Shown piece by piece: positions 50,236 to 62,990 of a stretch of 64,000 bases of DNA (position 1 is the first letter of the stretch; each line of letters begins with the position of its first letter). The notes under the pieces are model-generated. The model was not told the DNA's origin and did no database searches. It saw only the letters and a list, made by a program, of their open reading frames with translations. This DNA comes from Paragordius varius. Its lineage: Eukaryota; Animalia; Nematomorpha. The stretch is taken from assembly GCA_964247055.1 (NCBI GenBank), contig OZ176052.1, positions 10,354,001 through 10,418,000 of the forward strand. The letters run 5' to 3'. The translations under genes and the position numbers were made by a program.

Positions 50236-52774
50236 ATTACAAGTATTCTAATATTTTTAAACCATATCTAATTGTATATATAAAATTACAAACGGAAAAT
50301 AAAATAAATACAAATTTACAAACCCATTTTCGCAACACAAAACAAATGTAATAAAATCAAAATTTTACTTTTATAAATAATAAAAATTTGTCTTTAAAAT
50401 GTAAAAACTAGCTAGCTATATATATAGGTATATATACCACAATCTGTGCTCCAGACATAGCCTTAATGTTACGAATATTGGCTCCTTTGGTACCAATGAT
50501 AGCGCCCACCGAAGCATAAGGTATATTCAAAAACACAGTTTCAGTTTCGGCTCTGGTATTCCCAAAAAACAATCCAGGGAAATAGTTAGCCATATTCTTA
50601 AGAAACCATAAAATATATGAATCAAATCATAATATAAATGATTTAAATAAATAATTTAATGTCAAAACTTAGGGTTAAGTCAGAAATAGAATATGTTTAA
50701 AATGTACCACCAATCCAACACCATCTCTCGAATTTCCATAATGAGGCATACCTGGGAACACTAAATTCTATAAGATAAAATATAAATATGCTAACCATTT
50801 CTTATAAAAAAAATTTGTGAAATTAAAAAATTAACCGATACTATACCAATTTTAAACAACAAAATATCTCACCTGCATAGCAATCAAGTCGCTTTCATAG
50901 CTTTGCTTAAGTTTAGCAGTTATGAGCTGCTGTGCCTTCATAATGCTATCCAGTGATCCTTTGATCGTTATAGTACGTTCCATGTTTGTATCAGAACCCC
51001 CAGAACTAAATACATAAATATATTATTTAAAAAAAATGTAAAATATTTAGCTATGATCTCACCGTTCATACCCGATTCTAGCAATAATTACAAATGTTTT
51101 CTATGTATTTGTTTATTTTTATGATTTATATAGGGACAATGATAAACTTTTTAAACTCTTCTCATTTAATTTGAACATTCAAATATTAAATCATGATAAC
51201 TGAATTTACAAACCTAGAAACCGTGATTCGGGCATCCGATTCAGCCATTAACTGTTTAACATTGTTTCCATTCTTGCCAATAATACGTCCAATCATGTTA
51301 TTATGGGCTAAGATTTTGAGTGGGATTTCGCCCTTATTGGATGTTTTGCCCTCTTCATTCATAATCTCAAGGATGCGGCGACAAGCCAAAGAACAAGCCT
51401 CCAAAGTTCCAACAATCATAATCGTCTATAATATATATAATTTATAAAAACATCTTGATAATTTTTGTTAAAAATTGCTAACCAACAAATACTAAACCAT
51501 TTCATCTGTATTGAAAAAACAAAAATGGGTGCTGTTTATTCTTTTAAAAGCATTTTTAATAATTATCATAAATAAAAAATGTACTATTCAATGCAATGAA
51601 AGAAATGAAATTTATTTTATTACTGTTCTCTTTTTGCTATATATGTTTTAAATTATAAGACTTGCCTGCCATTCATGTATAAGCGACATATCCCGAGGTT
51701 TAAGCATAAAATTGCGACCTCGAGCATCACCAGCCCCTCCAGCTCCATTACCCATTTCTCGCTTCATGACATCAATGTGGGCATGGCTGGCCTGTGTAAT
51801 CGATTTAATAGTTTCACCTCCGCGACCAATGATGGCTCCCACCATTTCACTTGGCACTGAAATCCTAATCACAATAAAAAACAATAAATTTTGGGTACGT
51901 TTAGGACAGGAACTAATAAAAAATGAGTTTTATCTCTAACAATAAACATAATTTACGAATTCGATTGATAAACCACAAGCTATTTCTATTTTTAATAGAA
52001 TGAGAAAAAAAATAAATTCACAATACAATAGCAAATTGTTTGATATAAAATATAAATATGAAAAACTTGAGAGGAAACTCCGAAACTTTGACAGAAATAT
52101 TGTTCCTCTGAGCAGCCATAGGGCCACCTCCATTAATGTAGGCTCCAGGGTGACCGGCTCCACCTGCTCCAGCATAACCTCCTTGAAAAGGCCTTCGGGT
52201 ACGAGAACCGCCTCGACGCATTCGTCCCCCGGGACCACCTGGCCCAAAACCGGGACCCACGCGCCTGGGAGGACCACGTTTCAGCATATCGACATCAACA
52301 ATTTCGCCATCAAACTCCTTTTTGTTTAAATTTTCAATGGCATCACGAGCCTCAGAGATCGATCCATAAGTCACAATGTAAGAGTTGGGAGAATTGTTAG
52401 TTTTCTCAAGTTTTAAAACTTTGCCAAATGTGGCAAAAAGATCTTGAAGATCCTCAATATTAATTTTTTCAGGTGCATTTTTTATTTGAATTTTAAAAAA
52501 TCTAAAAAATAAAAAAGTGGTTTACTTAGCTCTTGGCAAAGAGGGCTCAACCACCAAATCATTACCCATGAAATTAAAACCTAAATATAAAGGTATTGTT
52601 AATACGATTAAGTTTGTCAACAGCTTCGTCCGCATGCTCCTGAAGTGGACAATCTACAAAAGCATATCCGTTTCTAAGCGATATGTCATCCACTTTGATG
52701 TTCATATTGTCAAAAAGTTCTTTCAGAACATTAACCTGAAGATCTCGGGACAAGTTCCCAACGTAAAGTTTCAT
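49064..52774 (-). CDS. IGF2BP: IGF2BP/Imp/ZBP1-family RNA-binding protein (RRM-RRM-KH1-4)
   Basis: Exons 52774-52606, 52580-52526, 52501-52067, 51864-51666, 51425-51214, 51077-51063, 51005-50873, 50767-50708, 50596-50438, 50138-50058, 49998-49870, 49720-49568, 49261-49064; phases consistent. MKLYVGNL...GYAFVDCP; KH motifs GAIIGRGG, IPLKILAHNNMIGRIIGKNG, GAIIGTKG and GRIIGRKG; ERTITIKG, GTPEAQW, SAQRRIR. Confidence 0.95.
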
Positions 52775-53192
52775 TCCGTTAAATAATTAATAAGAGTTAA
52801 TGTAAAAGGTATGGGGTGTAAGGTATTGGACAGGCTTGGGAAGCGTCCGAACTAATAGGATAGAAAAATAGTAGGTTATATTTCACAAATAAATTTAGAA
52901 TTGACGTTTCTAAATTTAGTTGTTTACACACAATAAGTATACATAATTGACATAAATTGGTTTACATTAAAATAAATTACCTATGGCTGGTGGTTTTAAT
53001 CTAGCACAGTCTAACTTCTAGAGATTCGCGTTCGATAAACAGGACCAAACAAAATATCACGTGATATCTTTTTCCTGTTGTGAAAATAAAAAATTAAAAA
53101 ATTTTTTAAAAATTTATTCTAATATTAAAATTTAAATTTTTTTATTAAAATAATATAATTGATGATAATTTGAGAACACATGTTAAATCACA
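52775..53192. promoter_or_regulatory. Putative bidirectional promoter between Imp and KDM4
   Basis: Only 418 nt separate the divergent ATGs. Contains the perfect 14-bp palindrome ATATCACGTGATAT (E-box core) at 53054-53067. Confidence 0.6.
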
Positions 53193-56100
53193 ATGCAAGA
53201 TGTAGGGTGTGCGGTATCGCCGATTCAAGTTTTTCACCCGACCCCAAATGAATTTAAGAGCTTTTCTAAATATATAAATACGATTGAAAATTTTGGGGCT
53301 CATAAGGCAGGATTAGCAAAAGTATAGGATTTTATAATTAAAAGGTCATCCCCCCTAATGATTGGAAGCCGAATAAATCCAATTATATTAATATAGATAG
53401 TCTTATTATACCAGCTCCCATATCTCAATTAGTTCAGGGCAAAGATGGTATATATACACAGTACAATATACAGAAAAAACCAATGACTATTAAAGAATTT
53501 CGGAAATTGGCATTTACCGAAAAGTTTTAGGTTTTTAATATACAGATATCGTACACCAGACTTTTTGGATTATGAGGATTTAGAGCGAAAATATTGGTCT
53601 AACATTTTATATAATCAAGCCATATATGGCGCCGATATTTCTGGAACCCTTACTGATCCAGAAATATCGCAGTGGAATATAAATCATTTGGGTACAAATT
53701 TAGGTGATATCGAAAAGAATAGCAATGTCAAAATCGAGGGAGTTAACACTGCCTATTTGTATTTCGGTAACTTAATATTAATTGAAATAGTATAATAGCA
53801 AGTTATTATAAGGCGATACTTTGCCTTAAAAGCTGGCACAACTCAAAAATATATTTAATCTTAAAATTTGTGTTCCTATATAGGAAAATCATTATTTAAT
53901 CAACTTCTCTAATTCATAGTTAATTTCTGTTTTAATTTTTGTTTTTTTGACATTCTTACAATAACCGTAAAATGATTGAAACATTTATACAATTTTGCCT
54001 TACTTAATAATTTATGCGCTTAAAAATTTATTGAATGCATATCTTTATTTTAGCCCATTAAAATCGGTTTAAGACGAATACTCTGATAATCTATCTAATT
54101 TAAAAGAATCTTCTCCCATATCAATTAATTTATTTCTATTGTAGCAAATTTTAATTCCTAACCTTTAAATTTACACCATAACTTGCCATTTCCAAATACC
54201 TTTTGGACAACAAGGATACATTATTTTAAAAAATTTCTACTATTTTTTCACGATAGTGTTCTGATAAAAGTTTATGATTAAACTAATTTTTACACGGCTA
54301 TTTTCCAATAATAGCCTAAAAATAATTATAATCAGTATGAACTATATGTTTTATTATAATATTAATTGGGTCGGGTCAAAATATAATGTATTGGAATTAA
54401 ACCAAAGTATGGGACAATTTGAAAAGTTTCAAAGTATCAATTTTTATTTTATTAAGACTTAAATATAAAAATACGTTCCTAGTTTATAGTGGCCAAGGCT
54501 AAAATTTTCGACACCATTTTATATGAAGTTGGATACTATTTTGTTACAATTAAATCTAAATATTATTCCACTTTAAATAACTACTCTGGTTTACGAAAAA
54601 AAATTTCTGTAATTATTATTCAGGCATGTGGAAGACATCTTTTGCTTGGCACACGGAAGATATCGATCTCTACAGTATTAATTATTTGCATTTTGGGATG
54701 CCTAAATCTTGGTATGTGGTTCCACCCGCATACGCTAAACGCTTAGAAACGCTGGCTTCCAACTGTTTTTCGGCAACGGCAAAAGCTTGTCCCTCATTTT
54801 TGAGACACAAAATGACACTCATTTCCCCACAAATACTTAGGAAGTATGGGATACCCTTTAACAAGGTATGGGCTTGACTTAACTGTATCAAAAGTTTTAA
54901 ACGAATATTTAATCAAGCGAGGATAGGGTAACGTTTGTTTTCATTTTATATTCGTAAAATTATTTCTTATGTTTGTAAAAAAATATATTTTTTTTAAATT
55001 TTATGATTGATGGGTTTCTCAACAATTATTTTGCTTAATAGATTACACAAGAACCAGGAGAGTTTATAATCACATTTCCATACGCCTATCACCAGGGCTA
55101 TAATCATGGTTTTAATTGCGCTGAATCGACTAATTTTGCCAGCACACGGTGGATAGAATATGGGAAACGCGCTTCTGTTGTATGAAACATTTTTATTTTA
55201 TGCATTTTACCATATAACGTTTTTGCTTTTCGTTTTGCTGATAACCAATAAGCTATAAATATCATTTTTATAATTGTCTTTTTACAAGGTTCATACACAC
55301 TTATATTAAAATTATTTTCAGTTAATTTTTAACCTTTTCAAGGCTTTTAAAAAAATAGGGATAAGGAAAGATTTTTTTAATAAAAAATTTGTAATTTTTT
55401 TCCGTTTAGTGCTATTGCAGTTCAGATACTGTTCGGATTCGTATGGACCCTTTCGTTCAAAAATATCAATCTTTTGAACGTTATGCGGCTTGGAAGGCCG
55501 GTCTTGAAGACTACAGTCCACATCCCGAAGATCAACCGGCTTACGATTTATTTCAACACCAATACTTAACGCATATTTTGCCAACATTTTGTCGCGATAT
55601 ACTTGCTAAAATGGATGATGGGTACCCAGAACAAAATTTGAATCAAAGTTATATAACAATTATTTTTTCAAAATTTCCTCCTAGTTTATGTTCACTAATA
55701 TTTCACATATATTTTAACAACACTATCTTGTGATATTAATGGATAATTAGTACAAGATTTGGATAGTTTTTCAAAAAAAACATGATAAAATTTTATTAAA
55801 ATCTTTCTTTTGGCCTTTAACTTTGATTGGACATATAATGGGTATATGTAAGAATGAAAATGTGTCATGCTATCTTATATACAATTTTTATTTGTTTGCT
55901 TTTATAAATATATTATTTTCTCGTTTAAATTGAAGATTATGACTAACCTTTTTAAATGAAGGCCTTTTTAACATTTTTAGACAAATCAAATGATACCTCA
56001 TTATTGCCCAACAATGCAAATTGGGAACACGATGCGAAACCAAATTTGGACACTTTAAACGGAAACAAAGACCAATTAAATGATAGTAAGGCATTAAAAA

Positions 56101-59100
56101 AATTTGCAAGTACCACACTTAATTACAGTCGAGAAATGTATGATATTCTTAATTCATTAACTCAAACATGCAAACATACATCGGCAGCAATAATTAAAAG
56201 GTCCAAACGTATACCACCCCTATCATCGCTCCCTGTCATGCTGAATCTTGAAACTAATTGTTTAAATAATATCAATTCTGACACCATTGTTAAAGACGCC
56301 TCTCAACACAACTCAAATAATCTTGTGGTGTGTCAGGAAAACAAAAAATGTGACAAAGAACGTAATTATACAGATTTCGAAAATTTGCTTAGTACATTTA
56401 AACACGGAGAAAATGAAAAGCTTAAAAGTTTACAACACCAACCGTTAGTAAAACCGTCAAACCACAAGAATCGAAGTATGCGAGAAAATCTTATTAATGG
56501 TCATTGCGTTAAAAAACCACAAAGATCTGTTTCCTCTTTCGATGATCATACATACAGTCAAAGACTTGAACCAATCAATTTGAATAAATCTTCATTACTT
56601 TCGGCCTCAACATCAAACTTAAATTGCAAAAACAGATTGGATGTCAATATTATTTCTGAAAAGCCACTTGTTACTAATTTCACCGATAAAATATCTCAAA
56701 ATTCTACTTTTGATGCTTTAACATCACCCGATAATCCCTTAATAAGGGCATCTACTAACGAACCAATAGTGGAAACAACAAATGTAGTAGATAGCGTTCA
56801 AGGTAGTGACACAAACCACATTACGAATGATAACAATAAACGTTGTCAAAAATATCAGTCACATCCTGTGGATAGGATAAAATTGAAGAGGTAATAATAT
56901 AATATTTTATTAATTTAGACTGTTTATGTTTCCATTATAAGAAATATATAATTGAATGCATCTCTATACCCTTTTACAGGAAAGATATTGCAACTTTAAA
57001 TAAATCCAGACGATTGGGAATACCTTGTACTACTGAGAACCAAAATTTGGCTGAAAATGCCACAAAAACATTTTCTATAGATCAACGCATGTTTTTAGCC
57101 TGCAAATTAAGATTTCCGTTTCTTTTTTCAACAAATGTGACAGAAAATCAGGAGAGTTCGGAAAATGCTAATAATCAAAATAATACGACAAATCATCCAG
57201 GTATTTTAAATTTCATATAGATTCTATTATTTTCGCAAAAACTCATACAACTTTTATGATTCCAGTTAATCTTATATCATTTAAATTAATTACTCCAAGA
57301 TTATTTATACTTTACGAGTGGCAAAAAAATTATGTTCTTTGGATATTAATTTGCTGGCAAATAAAATTTTATATTTTGATTTATTTTATGCATTAAAAGT
57401 AGATCACCGAAAAAATCAACGGCAGTTTAATGATTGGATCAGTTGTAATGGGTCACATTGCAGTTTGTGTCGAATTCTTTGGCCTCTTAAGCCCTATGAC
57501 TACTTAAATGGAATAAAAAATAATGAAGAAAATGTGTCCGCTAATTTAAGCTTAAACAAGGATGCAAAAGATATCGTACACAAAATTAAAAAATTATTAG
57601 ATGTGGAAATGTTTTTGCATTCGCGAGTATACATTGTTTTTTGACTTAAGAAACCATTTTAATTCTCATTTTATTATAATTAAAATATCATCATTTTACA
57701 TAGAAAATCCGGAAATAACGGGAAAATAAAAATATGGTTATCACATTTTAAAATTATTTAAAAAAGTTATAAAGAAAAATCGCAGATTATAAACACTTAC
57801 ATAAATTTGTACAAAATCCAATAATCATAAATATCATTTATTAATGGTAAGCTTTTCGTTTGCTCCCTTACCCTTATTTTTAATAAACACATATTAATTT
57901 TTATTATTTCAGAATTCAGAAAATATAACGATAAGTGACCAACCTTTAAAAAAAGAGGTTGTAATCCGTGGTGAAACTCGCTCCTCAGATCTCAAATTTT
58001 TGCTTGATGAAGAAAAGTCTGCGACAAATTTAAATGATTCTAAATCACATTTTAAACCGAATATTTCTGATTCCAATTCCAATTATATTGAATCAAGACA
58101 ATGCTGTGATAAATGTATTGCACATCACATACGTAAAAGTGATTTAACACAAAATAATCATGATAATTATGATGTTCGGATACCGGAAGTTTGTTTTTCC
58201 CATTTACGTCAACAAACGTCATTGATTAATAATTTTGGCGATGATTTGATTTCTAGGCCAAAACATGAGAAAGAATGTGAAAATGGCAATTATTTGTTTG
58301 ATGCTTTCAATGAAATACATAATAATTTTAATACCCATTTATCTACGACTTTGACGCCTCTTTTAAAATGTTCCCTCTGTCATGTTACGCTGCATACGGG
58401 TATATGTTTGACTTAAATTATGTATCCTAATGGTTTATTTTTAAAACTTATCATATATCCTTGTATATTAGATTGTCTTGCAAGGCTATACACTTCTACG
58501 CAATTAGATGCGTTAAAAAACAATGATGAATGGATTTGTGAATATTGTCAAAATTATATAAAATTTGCAGATTGCAGCACTCCCAATAATATTAATTCCG
58601 ATAAAGATGTTTCCATATCTAGACCAAAAACTTTATCATTTACTGAATTACACAACCAAATTATGATAAATAAATACACGATCAAAAAGGAATTTTGCAC
58701 AGATTTTAACGTCTCAGTCAAAGGAGGGCCTTTATCAATAGATAATTCAGAAGTATTGCAAAATAAAACATCGAATTCATGTGCATACTGTGGCTTAATT
58801 GGAGGAGGTTTATTCATCAATTTGAAATGGCACTCGACAAGAATCGACAAAACAAGCATTTTATCTCTTAATACTGTCTCCGATCTTCATAATCAATGGT
58901 GGTGTCATGCACTCTGTGCTATTTTACCACTTGATTCCAATCACATGCTTGATAACGGCGCTATACCATCTTGTCCTCAAGAAAAGGTTTAAAGCGTTTA
59001 TATTTACAGCTGCGACATAGCTATATTTTACTGAAATATGATTATTAAAATATTTTTATCCTATATAGACTTGTAATTATTGTCAAATGGATGAAGGAAA

Positions 59101-61550
59101 TCTGCAGAACCCTGGTTGTGAGTATATAAATTCTTCTGCTGTTGTAATCCAATGCAAAATGTGTGATAACCAATTTCATGCTCTGTGTGGATTTTTTGCT
59201 GGCGTTTCATACGAAATCGGCGATTGGCCTGACCCACCTATTACGGCTACATGTGCTAAACATACTAGTAAATTTTGTTTTTACAGATGAATTTTACATT
59301 TTTAGCATAAATAATTACATTATTTCGTTGGTACTGAAATGTAGCAATACTAATGTTTTAATTTTATTATTGTTATTCTTCAAGTATTTTATAATACATT
59401 TTTGGATGGATTCATTTGTTTTATTTTTAGAGTCCACATTTGTTAAAGGTAATATGGCCTTGCCTATAATGCAAAAATGCATGACATCCATTAATCAAAA
59501 GGATTGTAATATTAATGCGGGTGTTGATAATATTTTGTCTGAATCAACAAAAGAACAAATAAACGGCTCTACTCAAACAACTTCGCTACCTCAATCTTGT
59601 GTTGTTCCACTTAAACCTTGGAATGATAATGAGGTTTAATCGCACTTTAATATTTCCTTAATTATAATTAAACAATCATTTAAATCCAACTTTTTTACAT
59701 TATGCAGATTTTGTTTTCGGTGGGTGATTTGGTGTTTGCCAAACATAAAAACAACCGCTTTTACCTTGCTCGTGTGCGGGAGGTGCGTAAAACTATTCAT
59801 TACAAATTTGCTTTTGATGATGGCTCTTTTTGTGATAACGGTTTACCGCAAGATGTTGAAGTATTTTTTTGGTTACTCAATAGAGTTTAATATTTAAGTC
59901 ATCCTATTTAATTATTTAATTTCAATCTGTAATGATTATACTAGACAACAAATTTTACTGCATTTCTTTTATATTTATTATTCTAACAGTAAATCTAAAG
60001 TAAAAATTATAATTCTACCTAAGAATTTTTTATAATTTAATTTTTTTATGATTAATCACCTTTATCAAAATTTTCCTTCTATGAAAATATACAGTAAATG
60101 TTGTATATCATTTGACCCTATAAAATGCATACTAAGATTTTTAAATCGATAGTTAATATTGGACTTAGGAAGCGACAAATCCGCGAAGTGAGATTGTTTT
60201 TCTTATTAATGTAATTTTAAAACAAATGGATTTAATAGATATAACTTTGTGCAAAAAAGTTTTTTTCATTAAAACCCTTTTTTATTTCTTTTGTGTTATT
60301 CAAAACAGCCATTTTTAATTTTTTAAAATTACCTCATCAATAATTATTTTCTTTCGAAGGCTTATAACTTTAAAGACTAAAAATAAAGTTTAAGCTATAA
60401 ATTTACAGTTTTAACTATGCATTTTATTATCCACTAGGTAAAATAATTTTGATAATGACTTTTAATTGAAAACCAAAATCTTTTTTAAATATTTTCTTCA
60501 AATTTTTACTAATAAAACCCTGATAATAATATTAAAATAATTTTTATGATTTTTAAATTAGTTAGTCTGTGAAAATTTTTGACTCATTTATGGGTTGATA
60601 ATTTTGACCATATAAAGCCAAATAACTTTACATCAGTGATTTATATGACCACTACCATTCGAAAGATTCAGTCTTTTGCGCTTTTTCGAATCTTATGAAA
60701 TGGTTATATATTTAAAACTTTTATTATTTCGAGTTTAGTGTTAAATCGGGGTCGATGAATCCAAATAAAAAAATTATTAGATATTAGACCAATTTTTTCA
60801 GATATACTATTTATGTACTTTATTATAATAAATTAAAATTTACAAAAATGGCGCTTAAAAAAGTCAAAATTTGTTGTCGAGATATTTAGCATTAAAAGCA
60901 CAATCTTAACTTTTTGTTTTAAATTTTCCATATTTTAGTTTTTTAATTTTTTGTTACCCTGTTTTAATGTGTACTTATCATTTTTTCGTTTATTTTAACA
61001 GACCAGTTTAATATTTTTATTTAGATAAATATCAATACTTATGAGTTTATGATATTTAAATGTAATTTATTTTACATAAATATTATTTAATTTATAGGAT
61101 TATGATTGTATGGAGAATGGCCCGCCTCCTCTTCATGGCCGAATTCAAGTTAGATGGACAGACGGTCTATTGTATCCAGCCTCATTCGAAGGAATCAAAT
61201 CAAATGTTCATTACTGTGTATTAATATAATTCATAAATATTTGTTACGCAATAACCGTAAAACATAACATTTTTGGTTTAAACATAAACATGTTACATTT
61301 AAACTTTATTTAACTACTAATAATAAAAATAAATGTCTTTGTATGTAAATTGACATTTATTTGATACTCAATTATTCATCGCGTCACATATATAAAATGT
61401 TTTTAGGTTGAATTTGAGGACGAAACTCGGAGTCAATTGAAATCGTGTAATGTTTATCCATGTAATACTGAACTGTTACCAGATCGCATACGAAATAAAA
61501 TATCTCAAGCAAGTTTGCCTAAAGGACGGGCCCTTTTCAGTGATGCCTAA
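53193..61550 (+). CDS. KDM4: KDM4/JMJD2 histone demethylase (JmjN-JmjC-PHD/PZP-double Tudor)
   Basis: Exons 53193-53321, 53345-53523, 53546-53766, 54624-54865, 55042-55179, 55410-55647, 55981-56890, 56980-57200, 57400-57626, 57913-58399, 58472-58986, 59069-59267, 59431-59633, 59708-59860, 61098-61217, 61407-61550; the 55647/55981 junction is least certain. Motifs [78 protein letters not shown]. Fe-binding HxE...H intact. Confidence 0.96.
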
Positions 61551-62361
61551 TTTTTTGTGGGCAGAACGAATAGTCGAAATATAATTATATATTATAAATA
61601 TTATTTCCATCAGAATGCACATTTTAATTTGATAATTGAATAATCTAACTTTTATGTAATATTACATATTTTATACAATTACCATATATGTATATAATCG
61701 AATTTCGAATATTATTTTATCGTATGTCTATATATATTTATATGTAAGTAGAATCAATAATAAAAATATATTTATTACATTGGTCATTTTATGAACTTGG
61801 ACATATCACTGTAATAAATTAATAAATATTTTGTTTTGAATTGCTCGGTTTATTTCCGTATTTTTTATATTTCAAAAAGTGACTTAAATGTAGTTGTAAT
61901 ATTATACACATTAATATAAGTTTGCCTTAGGGGTATTTTTCGCATGCCTTTTTATGACTAATTTTATTATTATATGCATATATACGGATCTTCTTTATCG
62001 TAGCTGTGTATAGCAATCATATAACATATTTTTCCATTAAAACACATATTTTTGGCTATAATAGATTTTTTACGATATATTTTTTTATTTATTATGTAAA
62101 TGGAAAGTTAACCAAAATGACATAATAAAATATTTTGTTTTTTTTTTAATTTAACTCAAAAACAATAAAAACACATTTTAATGTTCTATTTTATAATTTT
62201 ATATTATTAAAAATTTAGTCAGACAGCAGTCTAAAGTTTTGTTCTTATCAATTTAATGTTTTAATTATAAAGTTTGAATCCAATTTATCTACTGTTTTTC
62301 TTATAATTTTTAATATCGGGATATAAAAACAATCTTTTTTCGGTCAAATCATTGAAACAAT

Positions 62362-62990
62362 ATGAATCACGTGCTACTTTTAACCATTATTGCTATATGC
62401 CATATTCCCTTAATTTCAGCGTTCCCAAGGGTAAAGAAAGCAGATCCCGATCATGCTTTGGCCTGTGACCTTTTTAAAAAAATGTTCTTTCCACCCACGA
62501 GTAATGTCGAAGATTACACATCTAATGTGAATTTATTTTTTTCACCTATAAGCATACGTCAGGTTTTGTCGATCCTTATGTTAGGTAGCGATGAAAAAAC
62601 CCTTAAACAATTGACTTCATTGCTTTTAAGAAATCTCACTCATCCCGAATTGAAAAGAAGTATATCTCAAAGATTAAAAAGTAGTCTTGCATCACACCCG
62701 CCCAGCATTGCAATCGAAAATCAAAATGGGATATTTGTTGATGCAAAAATGTCTCTGAATCCCGACTTTAAAGCCAATGTTCACCGATACTTCCCTGCCA
62801 TTGTTCAAAATTTGAATATATCCCAGGATCCAAAGGCAGCCGAAACAAAGATAAATGAGATTGTTTCCAACGCTACTAGAAATAAAATCACCACCATTCT
62901 TCCTTCTGGTGTATTGACCCCTGATACGCGTATGGTAGTCACCAATTCCATATATTTCAATGGTATATGGGCCAATCAATTTAATAAAAG
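62362..62990 (+). CDS. Secreted serpin, first coding exon only
   Basis: Signal peptide MNHVLLLTIIAICHIPLISA; serpin motifs NLFFSPISI, LGSDEKTLKQL, INEIVSNATRNKI, NSIYFNGIW.NQF. Donor AG|GTATT at 62990/62991. Downstream exons not found in the window. Confidence 0.88.

Noticed and set aside
51936-52329. Overlapping ORFs 52000-52329 (+) and 51936-52277 (-)
   Set aside because: These are off-frame or antisense read-through of the GC-rich Imp exon.
53322-53344. Tiny introns as sequencing errors or stop-codon reassignment
   Set aside because: There are four independent cases, all GT-AG bounded, three of them not multiples of 3. Excision restores ungapped homology, and no in-frame stops occur in any other exon.
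57704-57846. Extra KDM4 exon between 57626 and 57913
   Set aside because: All three frames contain stops, and direct phase-0 splicing from 57626 to 57913 is consistent.
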